Shown: positions 25,492 to 34,949 of the stretch, in pieces
Layout of the letters: each line of letters begins with the position of its first letter
Position numbering within the stretch: position 1 is the first letter of the stretch
Virus record (IMG/VR): IMGVR_UViG_2917791510_000001
Location: 1-64,000 of that record
Reading direction: 5' to 3' (one strand)
Origin: a virus
Taxonomy: Duplodnaviria; Caudoviricetes
Length of the DNA stretch: 64,000 nucleotides
The notes under the pieces: generated by a model
The model's database searches: none
Told to the model about the DNA's origin: nothing
Seen by the model: only the letters and a program-made list of their open reading frames with translations
Position numbers and translations under genes: made by a program

Positions 25492-25796
25492 GCGGCCATC
25501 ACCAGTACCGGGTGGCGCCATGCGTCGGTGGCCTCGGCGTCGGCCGTCCAGGCATCCAGGCCGTGGCGACCGGTCAGGTGGACGGCCAGTCCGGCGTAGT
25601 GCTCGTCGTCCGCCGGTCCGGCGTAGCGCACCGTGAACCAGCAGTGCGGGCAGTCCACGCAGGGTCCTGCCGAGTGCTCGGCGGCCCGGTGCTCCCGGCC
25701 CAGCGTCTCGATCAGCTCCGCGTCCCGGGCGGGGTCCGGCACGCCGGAGCCGAGCCAGTTGAGCATGGCCGCGTACGCAACTTGTTCCTTGGTCAT
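25488..25796 (-). CDS. Hypothetical C2H2-like protein
   Basis: SD GGGAGG; CPHC..H...H. Confidence 0.55.
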   Translation of the reverse strand: MTKEQVAYAAMLNWLGSGVPDPARDAELIETLGREHRAAEHSAGPCVDCPHCWFTVRYAGPADDEHYAGLAVHLTGRHGLDAWTADAEATDAWRHPVLVMAA

Positions 25797-25799
25797 GGG

Positions 25800-26010
25800 T
25801 CGTGATCCTCCCTGCGGGAGCGGGAATCGGCGAATCCGCACATCACGTGGATGATCGGATCTGCCTCGCCCCGGCCCTGCTCTGCTTCCTTGGTCCGTTT
25901 TCCTTGGTCGTTCCGCATGCTTCTACATGATGGATACGTACCCTCTGTATAAGCGTGTGTAAACCAGGGTATCATCGTGAGGCATACTTACGCACCGTCA
26001 AGGAGGAACA
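25800..26010. promoter_or_regulatory. Divergent control region between left and right arms
   Basis: Strand switch, AT-richer non-coding DNA, two GACCAAGGAA motifs on the minus strand. Confidence 0.6.
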
Positions 26011-26217
26011 GTGGAAGGCTTTCTGACCGTGGCACAGGTCGCCGGGCGGGCGGGCGTCCACACCGGGTCCGTCTACCGGTGGCTGGACGACCCGGACGTC
26101 CCGCTGACCCGGCACCGGGCGGGCAACGGCCGGGTGTGGATCCCCGAGGCCGAGGCGGACGCGTGGATCGCCACGCGGAACACGCTCACCGTCGTCCCGG
26201 CGCCCAAGGCGTCGTGA
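26011..26217 (+). CDS. Excisionase/Cro-like HTH protein
   Basis: FLTVAQVAGRAGVHTGSVYRW; SD AGGAGG. Confidence 0.8.
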   Translation: MEGFLTVAQVAGRAGVHTGSVYRWLDDPDVPLTRHRAGNGRVWIPEAEADAWIATRNTLTVVPAPKAS

Positions 26218-26699
26218 TGGGCGCCCCGGTGATCAAGGCGATCGAAACAAAGGTCAACGGATGCGTCTTCCGCAGCCGGACTGAGGCACGTTTCTCGATC
26301 TTCCTTCAACATGCCGGGGTGCCGTGGGAGTTCGAGCCCGAGGGTTACAAGCTGCGCAGCGGCTGGTACCTCCCCGACTTCCGCATACGGCCCGATTGGG
26401 CCCCTGACCAGGCGTGGGTGGAGATTAAGCCGCCCAGCGATACATTCGACGATCCGCGATGGGCGGAGCTGGCCGAGGGCAGCGGGGAGATGGTTCTGGT
26501 ACTGCGTGGACTGCACCGCCGGAACGACTCCTGCGGCCGGGACCACATGGTGCGGATCTGGCACCCCACGGGCGTCGTAGCCGACGTGCCGAAGCTGTGG
26601 ACCGGAGCCCGGTTCGCGCCCGCGTGGGATGCCGCCTCGGCGGCCCGGTTCGACAGTCGGCGCCCGGCCGGCCGGAAGGGGAGGAGACGACCATCGTGA
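26217..26699 (+). CDS. PD-(D/E)XK nuclease-like protein
   Basis: FRSRTEAR, WEFEPEG, YLPDF, WVEIKP; TGATG coupling. Confidence 0.75.
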   Translation: MGAPVIKAIETKVNGCVFRSRTEARFSIFLQHAGVPWEFEPEGYKLRSGWYLPDFRIRPDWAPDQAWVEIKPPSDTFDDPRWAELAEGSGEMVLVLRGLHRRNDSCGRDHMVRIWHPTGVVADVPKLWTGARFAPAWDAASAARFDSRRPAGRKGRRRPS

Positions 26700-26748
26700 C
26701 CACGCCCCCGGAGACCAAGGAATCACAGACCAAGGAAGCAGGAAGCAC

Positions 26749-29700
26749 ATGACCACCTACGTGGACACGAACCAGGGGCGGGTGTCCGACCACCACTCGG
26801 CGGAGCTGGACGCCAGCGAGATCAGCCCGGAGGTACGCGGAGCCCGGGGCTACGAGACCCTCTACGGCACGGACGAGGACCGGGCGCGGCTGCGCCAGGA
26901 GTCCATTCCCGTATGGGCCTGGCGCGAGGAAAGCGCCTTCCCCGGCCTGCTCATCCCGCTGTACCGGGTGACCGGCGAGCGTATCGGGGCGCAGTTCAAG
27001 CCCGGCCAGCCGCAACCGCACGGCGAGAAGCTGATGAAGTACGCCTCCCCGGTGGGCACCCGGCCGCGCCTGGACGTGCCGCCGGCGATGGCCGACAGCG
27101 TGCGCACAGTCACGTCCGCGTTGTGGATCACCGAGGGTGTGAAGAAAGCTGATGCCATCGCCTCCAAGGGCATCCCCGTAGTCAGCCTGTCCGGCGTCTT
27201 CAACTGGCGCAGCCGGCTGGGCACCCTGGGGGACTGGGAGGACATCCCACTCAAAGGCCGCACGGTCCTAATCTGCTTCGACTCCGACGCCAAGCACAAC
27301 CGCATGGTGCTGATGGCCATGCGCCGGCTCGGGATGTGGCTGGAGTCCAAGGGCGCGGCAGCCATCCACTATCTGATCGTCCCCGAAGAGGTGAACGGGG
27401 CCCCGGTCAAGGGTGTGGACGACTACTTCCACGCCGGCGGCACGCTCGAAAGCCTGCGGGACGTGGCCACCACGGAGATGCCGAGCGACAACACCCGGGA
27501 CGCGGCGTTCAGTGACGCTGTCCTCGCCGACACGGTGTGCTCGGAGGCACTGGACGGCTCATACCGCTGGGCGTACGGGCTCGGATGGATGCGCTGGACG
27601 GGAAAGGTCTGGCGCGAGTGCCCGGAGCCCGTCGTGCTGGAAGAGATCCGGCAGTGGGCGCTGGCCGGGTTCCAGCGGGTACTCGACAGGCAACGTGCCG
27701 AACCCAACAAGGATCTGCGCGCCGAGATGGACGGGTGGCGCAGTGCGCTCTCCGCTTCCAAGCTGAGCAACCTGCTCAAGCTGTCCCGGGGAACTCTCGT
27801 CACCCACGCGGACGAGATGGACTCCGACCCGGACGCGCTCAACTGCCAGAACGGGATCCTGGACCTGCGCACGGGCGTGCTCACTCCGCACGACCCCGAC
27901 CGACTGATGACGAAGATCACGGCTGCGGACTACGTCCCGGCCACCTTCCACCCCGACTGGAAACAGGCACTGGAGGCCATCCCCGAGGCCGTGTGCGAGT
28001 GGTTCCAGCTCCGCATGGGCCAGGGCATCACCGGCCACATCCCACCCGACGACCTGATCCTGATCCTGCAAGGCGGCGGGTCGAACGGCAAGAGCACCGT
28101 CGTGGACGCCATCGCCCGCGCGATCGGTGAAAAGGACGGGTACCACACGGTTGTGTCCCACAGGGCCCTTCTCGGCAACGCGAGCGACAACCACCCCACC
28201 GAAATGATGGACTTCATGGGGGCACGCCTCGCGGTGCTGGAGGAGACGCCCGAGGCGAAGAAGTTGGATGTCAACCGGGCCAAGGAGCTGGCCGGCACGA
28301 AGGCCATCAAAGCCCGCCGGATGCGGCAGGACCCGGTCACCTTCACCACGTCGCACACGCTGGTCATCAACACCAACCACCGGCCCCTGGTGGAGGAATC
28401 CGACCACGGCACGTGGCGCCGGCTCGCCATGCTCTGCTTCCCCTACACCTTCAGGAAGCCGGGAGAGGCGTGCACGGGGCCCAACGACAGGCCGGGGGAC
28501 GCCACGCTGCGCCAGCGACTGGCGACGGACGAGAGGGTCCCAGCGGCCGTACTGGCGTGGGTCGTGGAGGGCGCCCGCAAGTGGTACGCGGCCGACATGA
28601 TCATGCCGCCTCCGCCGAAAGAGGTGGAGGACGCCACGCTGGAGTGGCGCAAAGAGAGCGACCTGATCCTGTCCTTCATCGGGGACGTCCTGGAGTTCGA
28701 CTGGAACAGCCACGTCTATGCCCCGGAGCTGCGCGAGACGTTCAACAAGTACCTGGCGGACAAGGGCCACCGGGAGTGGACGGAACGGACGTTCGTGGCC
28801 CGATTCGGAAGCCATGACGAGTGCGCGCGGAACGGGGTCGCCCGGAAGCGGATCAAGACCCGCGACGGCCGCTCCACGCTGGTCCCGCTGGCCTCCGTAC
28901 CCAACCCGTACTACGCGTGGCTGGGTGTGCGCTTCCAGGACCCGGACGAAAATCCGCAGGTAAACGAGGGTGAGGACAACCCGGTACCGCCGGTACCCTC
29001 CACTACCTATAACCGTGAAATTGGCTCTCGTATAGGAGGAACAGAGCTACAGGGTACCGGCGGTACCGGCCCGGGAACCCACCCCGATGCGGACCCGTTC
29101 GGGGATGATCCTTTCGGGGAAACGGAAGCCGATCATGCGCCCGTGGCCACCGTCCCCGCCCCGGCGCCCGTGCCTGCGGCCGAGACCGTCCAGCGGGCCG
29201 GCGGCCAGATCGGGATCGACATCGAGTCCCACTCCGCCAAACGGCTGTTCACCCACACCGACCTCGGCGGCGACCCGTACACCAAGCTGTCCGGCTACGT
29301 CACCGAGGACGGCACCGAGGTGGTCGTCAACTCCGTCGCCGAGCTGATCAAGCGGCTCGAGGATGCGGACGAGATCTACGGCCACAACCTGCTCGGGTTC
29401 GACCTGATGGCACTGGCACGCCACCACGGCGCCGACTACGACAAGCTGGCCGCCAAGACCGTCGACACCCTGCGGTGGGCGCAGACCGAGGACCCGCCCG
29501 GTGCCGCGCACGAGAAGCCGTGGGCGACCAAGGGCTACTACGGCCTGGACGGCCTCGCGGCACGACTCGGCATGCCCGGCAAGACGGACGACCTGAAGGG
29601 ACTCGCACTCAAGCACGCGCCCGAGGAGATCGACGGCCGCAAGCTGACCGAGGCGGAGCGGCTGGAGATCGGCTTCGGCCGGATCCCCGCCGACGACCCC

Positions 29701-31089
29701 GAGTACCGCAGTTACTTCAGCGGCGACCTGAAGGCCACCCGAGGCGTGCGGCGCGCTCTCGGTGAGCCGACGGACTACGTCCGGCGTGAGATGCGCGTGG
29801 CCCACATCCAGCACCGGCCCACCCTGACCGGCTGGAAGGTCGACGTCCCCGTGCTGCGCGAGCTGGCGGACGCGGAGGCGGACAAGAAGCGCCAGTCCCT
29901 GGAGTGGCTGCACGAGAACTGCGGCGTGCCGCTGACGAAGGAGGTGAGCCGGGGCCGGGGCAAGAACAAGGTCACCACCGAAGAGTCCGTGCTCTCCCCG
30001 CTGTCCACCACCGTGGGCCGTGAGGCCGTCATCAAGGCCTTCGCCGACCGGGGTGCGGCCTTCTACCCCAAGACGGCGTCGGGGCTGATCAGCCTCAACA
30101 AGGACGCGCTGGGAGAGACCAGTTACTTCGTCGGCAAGGGAGCGGGCGCCAGGCAGGTGCCTGCCATGCTCAACCCCAACGTGCTACGCACCTTCGCCGA
30201 GCGCGGGGCCGACGTGGACGCGCTGCGCGAGATGTGCGGCCACATCGTCACCGTCACGTCGTCCGTGCAGAAGTACCGGGAGATCATGGACCACCTGGTC
30301 GGCGACCGGATCCACCCGCAGGTCGGCGACCTCCAGGGCTCCGGCCGGTGGGCGTACGTGCGCCCCTCGGTGACCAACATGGCCAAGCGCGGCGGCAAGG
30401 TGGCGCAGCGGCGCCCGCTCATCGCCGACGACGGATCACTGCTGATCTGCTTCGACCTGGACCAGGTCGACATGCGCGCCATCGCAGGGCACTGCCAGGA
30501 CCCGGCGTACATGCAGAACTTCGCACCCGGGGCCGACGCGCACAGCATGATCGCCGATGCGGTGTTCGGTCGTCACGACGGCGAATGGCGCGACAACGCC
30601 AAGCGGATCGGACACGGCTGGAACTACGGCATGTCCGTGAAGGGCATCGCCAACTCGGGTGTGGAGATGGAGCTGGCGCAGAAGTTCGACGACCAGATGA
30701 ACGCGCAGTACCCGGGGCTGTGCGCCTGGCGCAGCGAGGTGCGCGAACGGGGCGCGGCCGGTGAACTGCTCGACAACGGCTTCGGCCGCAAGATGCGCTG
30801 CAACCCGGACCGGGCGTGGACGCAGGCGCCGGCGCTGATGGGCCAGGGCGGCGCCCGGGACATCATGTGCTCGGCCCTGCTGCGACTGGTGGACATGATC
30901 CCCGAGGCCACCGAGTGGCTGCGCTGCGTCGTGCACGACGAGGTGGTCCTGTGCGTCCCCGAGCACATGGCGCAGGGCGTCACGGAGGCCGTGCTGGAGG
31001 CGTTCACATTCACCTTCAAGGGCGTGCCGATCACAGCCGGGGCCTCCAAGGCCGCGCGTGACTGGGCGTCCTGCTACAGCAAGGACTGA
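26749..31089 (+). CDS. Fused replicase: Toprim-like primase (DUF3854-like) + D5/P4 SF3 helicase + 3'-5' exonuclease + family A DNA polymerase
   Basis: WITEGVKK/ICFDSD/KGVDDY; GGGSNGKST, LAVLEE, INTN; ExoI DIE, ExoII GHNLLGFD, ExoIII YFSGD; PolA motifs DLDQVDMR, AKRIGHGWNYG, VHDE. Confidence 0.9.
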   Translation: MTTYVDTNQGRVSDHHSAELDASEISPEVRGARGYETLYGTDEDRARLRQESIPVWAWREESAFPGLLIPLYRVTGERIGAQFKPGQPQPHGEKLMKYASPVGTRPRLDVPPAMADSVRTVTSALWITEGVKKADAIASKGIPVVSLSGVFNWRSRLGTLGDWEDIPLKGRTVLICFDSDAKHNRMVLMAMRRLGMWLESKGAAAIHYLIVPEEVNGAPVKGVDDYFHAGGTLESLRDVATTEMPSDNTRDAAFSDAVLADTVCSEALDGSYRWAYGLGWMRWTGKVWRECPEPVVLEEIRQWALAGFQRVLDRQRAEPNKDLRAEMDGWRSALSASKLSNLLKLSRGTLVTHADEMDSDPDALNCQNGILDLRTGVLTPHDPDRLMTKITAADYVPATFHPDWKQALEAIPEAVCEWFQLRMGQGITGHIPPDDLILILQGGGSNGKSTVVDAIARAIGEKDGYHTVVSHRALLGNASDNHPTEMMDFMGARLAVLEETPEAKKLDVNRAKELAGTKAIKARRMRQDPVTFTTSHTLVINTNHRPLVEESDHGTWRRLAMLCFPYTFRKPGEACTGPNDRPGDATLRQRLATDERVPAAVLAWVVEGARKWYAADMIMPPPPKEVEDATLEWRKESDLILSFIGDVLEFDWNSHVYAPELRETFNKYLADKGHREWTERTFVARFGSHDECARNGVARKRIKTRDGRSTLVPLASVPNPYYAWLGVRFQDPDENPQVNEGEDNPVPPVPSTTYNREIGSRIGGTELQGTGGTGPGTHPDADPFGDDPFGETEADHAPVATVPAPAPVPAAETVQRAGGQIGIDIESHSAKRLFTHTDLGGDPYTKLSGYVTEDGTEVVVNSVAELIKRLEDADEIYGHNLLGFDLMALARHHGADYDKLAAKTVDTLRWAQTEDPPGAAHEKPWATKGYYGLDGLAARLGMPGKTDDLKGLALKHAPEEIDGRKLTEAERLEIGFGRIPADDPEYRSYFSGDLKATRGVRRALGEPTDYVRREMRVAHIQHRPTLTGWKVDVPVLRELADAEADKKRQSLEWLHENCGVPLTKEVSRGRGKNKVTTEESVLSPLSTTVGREAVIKAFADRGAAFYPKTASGLISLNKDALGETSYFVGKGAGARQVPAMLNPNVLRTFAERGADVDALREMCGHIVTVTSSVQKYREIMDHLVGDRIHPQVGDLQGSGRWAYVRPSVTNMAKRGGKVAQRRPLIADDGSLLICFDLDQVDMRAIAGHCQDPAYMQNFAPGADAHSMIADAVFGRHDGEWRDNAKRIGHGWNYGMSVKGIANSGVEMELAQKFDDQMNAQYPGLCAWRSEVRERGAAGELLDNGFGRKMRCNPDRAWTQAPALMGQGGARDIMCSALLRLVDMIPEATEWLRCVVHDEVVLCVPEHMAQGVTEAVLEAFTFTFKGVPITAGASKAARDWASCYSKD
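28981..29069. repeat. Perfect 19-bp inverted repeat around a 51-bp AT-richer spacer; putative replication origin inside the replicase ORF
   Basis: CCGGTACCGCCGGTACCCT (28981-28999) and AGGGTACCGGCGGTACCGG (29051-29069). Confidence 0.7.
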
Positions 31090-31094
31090 GGGCG

Positions 31095-31283
31095 ATGGCT
31101 GAGAGGTACGCGCGGGTGTCCCGGCGTCAGGTGCGCGCCGGGGACCGGCTCAAGGATCCCCGGGGCGTGCGCACCGTCGAGGCTGTCGCGTCGTACGGCT
31201 ACCGGCTGGAGCCGGATGCCCGGCATCCGTACGAGTTCATGAGGAACTGGCCGAAGGTCGGCCGGCTGAAGGTACTGCGCTGA
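31095..31283 (+). CDS. Hypothetical protein
   Basis: SD-like GAGG; follows the replicase. Confidence 0.55.
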   Translation: MAERYARVSRRQVRAGDRLKDPRGVRTVEAVASYGYRLEPDARHPYEFMRNWPKVGRLKVLR

Positions 31284-31395
31284 ACCGGCGCCGGGATGAC
31301 TGCGCGGAGGGGTTGTCCCGGCGCCCCGACCATGGTTTAATTAAATCGAATGGTCCGGCTCGTCTCCGGGCCACGACCAAGGAAAGCAGGACGGG

Positions 31396-31920
31396 ATGAA
31401 CGCAGACACGGACTACGAGGCCATCGCTAGCGGCATCGACCGCATCGAGCGTGCCCGGAAGACCCTCGACCGTCGGAAGTACACCGACCGCCTCGGCAAC
31501 GACTGGACCGCAGGCGAGATGGGCGACCGTCACCCGGAGGTCGTCGGCGTCTACGGCAAGGCCGTGCTGGACTACAGCGACGACGGCAGGCGGTTCCAGG
31601 TGAACGGCTACACCTACGCCGGGCACCGGCTGTACCAGCGGGAGTTCGCGTCGCTGGACGCCGCGCTGCGCAACGGCACCCGCGTGGCCAACGACGGCCC
31701 GACGCCGGCCGAGCGCGTGGACGCGTGGAACCTGACGCACCCCGAGGGCAAGGCCGTCCGCTTCTGGACCGGCGCCAAGGAAGGCCCCGGGCAGAAGGGG
31801 CGCACCCGCAGTGCTGCATGGGTGGCCGAGGGGCACACCGCCGTCGTCCAGGTCACCGGCCACGGAGCCTGGGTCGCCCTCACCCACGTCAAGCCCATCC
31901 CGGAGTCGGAGGCCGGCTGA
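31396..31920 (+). CDS. Hypothetical early protein
   Basis: Promoter/operator at 31313-31348, GACCAAGGAA, SD. Confidence 0.7.
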   Translation: MNADTDYEAIASGIDRIERARKTLDRRKYTDRLGNDWTAGEMGDRHPEVVGVYGKAVLDYSDDGRRFQVNGYTYAGHRLYQREFASLDAALRNGTRVANDGPTPAERVDAWNLTHPEGKAVRFWTGAKEGPGQKGRTRSAAWVAEGHTAVVQVTGHGAWVALTHVKPIPESEAG

Positions 31921-32117
31921 TGGCAGCGCAGCGCGAGGTGATCGGACCCCGCACGCATGAGAGCAAGAGCTGGCTGCGGAAGATCGGGCAGTCCACCTAC
32001 CGGTTCCGCCTGTTCGACAACGGCACGTACCGGCGCATCGACGTGGCTCGCTCCATCGGGGGCCGGGGCCGCCACTGGGAGATCGTGCACGACTGGATTC
32101 TGGACGAGAGGGGCTGA
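31920..32117 (+). CDS. Hypothetical protein
   Basis: TGATG coupling. Confidence 0.55.
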   Translation: MAAQREVIGPRTHESKSWLRKIGQSTYRFRLFDNGTYRRIDVARSIGGRGRHWEIVHDWILDERG

Positions 32118-32120
32118 CCG

Positions 32121-32345
32121 ATGAACGCGAAGACGATAGCCGAGCTGGACCTGCGCCGGGCGCAGCTTGCCGCGCAGGCCGCGAAGACGCGCCAGGAGTG
32201 GCGGACCCTGCCCACCGGCACCAGGTCCAGCATCCTCGGCAAGCGCGTCAAGGAACTGGAGCAGCAGGCCGCCGACTACGCGGCCATCCTGGCTCTCGTC
32301 ACGGCGCCGGTGGCCACGACCACGGAACTGAGGAAGGCGGGCTGA
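32121..32345 (+). CDS. Hypothetical coiled-coil protein
   Basis: Operon position; SD GAGGGG. Confidence 0.6.
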   Translation: MNAKTIAELDLRRAQLAAQAAKTRQEWRTLPTGTRSSILGKRVKELEQQAADYAAILALVTAPVATTTELRKAG

Positions 32346-32348
32346 GCG

Positions 32349-32609
32349 ATGGCGTACATACCGGGCAGCTACACGCGGGAGCTGAGGGAGTCCCACCAGC
32401 GTGGCGAGCACGCGCTGGACGCGGACGACAACTGCCCGGCGTGTAATTTCCAGGCGGTGCCGTCGGGCTTCGCCTCGCTCGCCGAGTACGACGCGGCCCT
32501 GCAGGAGATCGCCGTGGACCTTCAGGGCCACGTGGACGCGCACTGGCGGGGCGAGCACAAGCGGCGGCCGGTGGACGGGTGCATCGAGTGCGCACGGACG
32601 GAGGGCTGA
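32349..32609 (+). CDS. Small protein with a duplicated H-x-RGEH..CxxC motif
   Basis: HQRGEH..CPAC and HWRGEH..CIEC. Confidence 0.65.
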   Translation: MAYIPGSYTRELRESHQRGEHALDADDNCPACNFQAVPSGFASLAEYDAALQEIAVDLQGHVDAHWRGEHKRRPVDGCIECARTEG

Positions 32610-32612
32610 GCG

Positions 32613-32858
32613 ATGAGGTACGCCGCACGGATCCGGGAGAGCGTCCAGGCACTGCCTCCGCTTCAGGCTGAGCGACGTCTGCGCAATCGCCTGGACGCTC
32701 AGAGTCTCCGCTTGCTTGATGAATTGCTGGCCGGCGGTGACCCCGAGGTTCTGGACACCCTCCGGGGCCGTCTCGGCGAGTACGACGTGATGCTGCTCAA
32801 CCGGCTGCTGGAGAGCCCCACGGCTCAGCCCCGACAGACCGGGGGAGGGAGGAAGTAA
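32613..32858 (+). CDS. Hypothetical protein
   Basis: SD GGAGG. Confidence 0.55.
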   Translation: MRYAARIRESVQALPPLQAERRLRNRLDAQSLRLLDELLAGGDPEVLDTLRGRLGEYDVMLLNRLLESPTAQPRQTGGGRK

Positions 32859-33220
32859 TGGGTCACGCAAGCCACGGCGGGTCCTGCCCCTTGTGCGGCA
32901 ACTACGCCTCGTCCACGGCCACCGGGAAGTTGTACCGGCACAAGGGCAACGTGGCGAAGCTGGTCGCGGCCGGCCGCGTGGAGTGCCGGGCGTCCGGCGC
33001 CACGCGGAATGTCGCGGCCCGGCTGCGGGCCAACAAGGACGCCGGGCGTCACCCGCACCGCAACGAGGACGGGACGTGGCTGTACGTCTGCCCCCGGTGC
33101 GGCCGGGAGGCCGTGCCCCAGGACGTCGACCCGGGGCGGCGGTGCACGCCGAAGGGGTGGGAGTTCTGCCTCCGGCCGCCGCTGCAACTGCCGACCAAGG
33201 AAGCGAGGAACGAGGAATGA
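32858..33220 (+). CDS. Cys-rich hypothetical protein
   Basis: TAATG coupling; SD GGAGG. Confidence 0.6.
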   Translation: MGHASHGGSCPLCGNYASSTATGKLYRHKGNVAKLVAAGRVECRASGATRNVAARLRANKDAGRHPHRNEDGTWLYVCPRCGREAVPQDVDPGRRCTPKGWEFCLRPPLQLPTKEARNEE

Positions 33221-33702
33221 CCGTCAAGCTGGAGTGCGAGCGCTGCGGGAACCAGGAGCAGACGTCCGGTGTGATGCTGTTCGCCGGGCTCACGGGCCCG
33301 GCCATCCCGACCGCACGACCCGAACTGCCCTACGGATGGACCCGGCCCAAGCTGCCCCGTGAGGACGGCTCCGCCTGGTACACCGACCTCTGCCCGGCCT
33401 GCAAAGCGGACCTGCTCCGCTTCATGGCCGGTGCGGTGCTCGCGCTGGACGAGGCTGACGCGTGCACGGACTGCGCCCACCACAAGCACGTCAAGCCGTG
33501 CCGTGAGCTGACGATGCCCGGAGCACCGGGGGACGTGGACGAGTGCGGCTGCACGGAGGGGGTCCCGGAGCCGACGTGCCCCACCTGCGGCCCGGCCGCT
33601 CCGCTCGAACCGCACCCCAGTCTCCCGGTCCAGCGATGCAGCAACTGCAAGGAGCACCTGGCCGCCCGCAACGATCCGAAGGAGCTGGGCATCGATGGCT
33701 GA
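33217..33702 (+). CDS. Multi-CxxC hypothetical protein
   Basis: ATGA overlap; GACCAAGGAA plus GAGGAA. Confidence 0.65.
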   Translation: MTVKLECERCGNQEQTSGVMLFAGLTGPAIPTARPELPYGWTRPKLPREDGSAWYTDLCPACKADLLRFMAGAVLALDEADACTDCAHHKHVKPCRELTMPGAPGDVDECGCTEGVPEPTCPTCGPAAPLEPHPSLPVQRCSNCKEHLAARNDPKELGIDG

Positions 33703-34153
33703 ACCGAGGCGCACGCGGCTGATCGTGGACATCGAGTGGCGCGGCCACCCCGACGGCCGCGAGCCGTACTACGAGGACCGCGAGTTGCCCCACGTAACCG
33801 CCGGATGGATCGAGGGCGTGTTCGAGGACCGCGACGACGCACCCCACGTCACCGTGACGGAGGCGGGCGGTGCGTCGTCCGACCGTGGCCGGGACAGCGG
33901 CGAGGCGCTGACGTCCGTGCGCACGGTGCTGTCCCGGGCCGAGACGGCACTGGAGGAGCTGGGGCCCGACGGTACGAAGCTCGAGTGGCCGCCGAGGACC
34001 GGCGACCGGGAGCGGGACGATTACGACAAGCGCAAGGCAGCGAATTTCGAGGACCCGGATGCGCCGGTGATGCGTCGGGCTCTGCGGACCGTGGTCGAAC
34101 TGCTCGATCCCTGGCGGAAAACGGGGCGGACCACGCGATCCACCTGCCACTGA
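33695..34153 (+). CDS. Hypothetical protein
   Basis: Overlapping start; ends before a hairpin at about 34170-34205. Confidence 0.6.
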   Translation: MAEPRRTRLIVDIEWRGHPDGREPYYEDRELPHVTAGWIEGVFEDRDDAPHVTVTEAGGASSDRGRDSGEALTSVRTVLSRAETALEELGPDGTKLEWPPRTGDRERDDYDKRKAANFEDPDAPVMRRALRTVVELLDPWRKTGRTTRSTCH

Positions 34154-34274
34154 CCGACGGACCACCGCGCCCCGGCGGACCACCCGGTCCCCGGGGCTTC
34201 GTCGTGCTCTGGAACGATCATGCGTCCTTCGGACCTTAACATCGCGGCGACACCGGACCATGGAGGGCGCCGCG

Positions 34275-34949
34275 ATGCTCACGACCGTCGGAACCGAACC
34301 GGTCTCACTGGAAGACCTCGAGCCTTTTCCGGGCAACGCCCGGCGCGGCAACGTCGACCTGATCCTGGACTCCCTGCGCGCGAACGGCCAGTACAAGCCG
34401 CTCACGGTGCGCCGCCACGGCGAGACGTTCACGATCCTCGCCGGCAACCACACGTTCCTGGGGCTGCTGCGCCACGAGGAGGACGGCCGGGCCGGCTGCG
34501 CCGACTGGGAACTGTCCAACGACAGGCCGTGCCAGCTCTGTATCTCCGTGGACAAGGACGACCCGACCGCGCTCGCCCACCTCATCGAGTGCGACGACGC
34601 CACGGCCCGGCGCATCAACGTGGTGGACAACAAGGCTTCCGACGTCGGTGACTACGACCAGCAGGCTCTGGACGCCATCCTGGCGACGTTCGACGGCGAC
34701 CTGGTGGGCACCGGGTTCGCGCTGAGCGAGGCCGAGATCTTCACTGCGATGCCGCTGCCCGAGGGCACTCCGCAGGCCTCCGAGCCCGCAGAGCCGGCCG
34801 GGGATGTGCCTGAGCCGTGGACCGCGCTCCACCTGAGCGTGCCGCCCACCGTCCTGGACGACTTCCGCACCCTGACCGAGGAATGTGAGGACCCCGCCGA
34901 CAACAGTGTCCGCTTCATGTTTCTGGTCCAGCGCGTAAGGAGCCTGTGA
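34275..34949 (+). CDS. ParB/Srx N-terminal domain protein
   Basis: PFPGNARRG, SLRANGQYKPL, ILAGNH, VVDN; SD GGAGG. Confidence 0.8.
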   Translation: MLTTVGTEPVSLEDLEPFPGNARRGNVDLILDSLRANGQYKPLTVRRHGETFTILAGNHTFLGLLRHEEDGRAGCADWELSNDRPCQLCISVDKDDPTALAHLIECDDATARRINVVDNKASDVGDYDQQALDAILATFDGDLVGTGFALSEAEIFTAMPLPEGTPQASEPAEPAGDVPEPWTALHLSVPPTVLDDFRTLTEECEDPADNSVRFMFLVQRVRSL

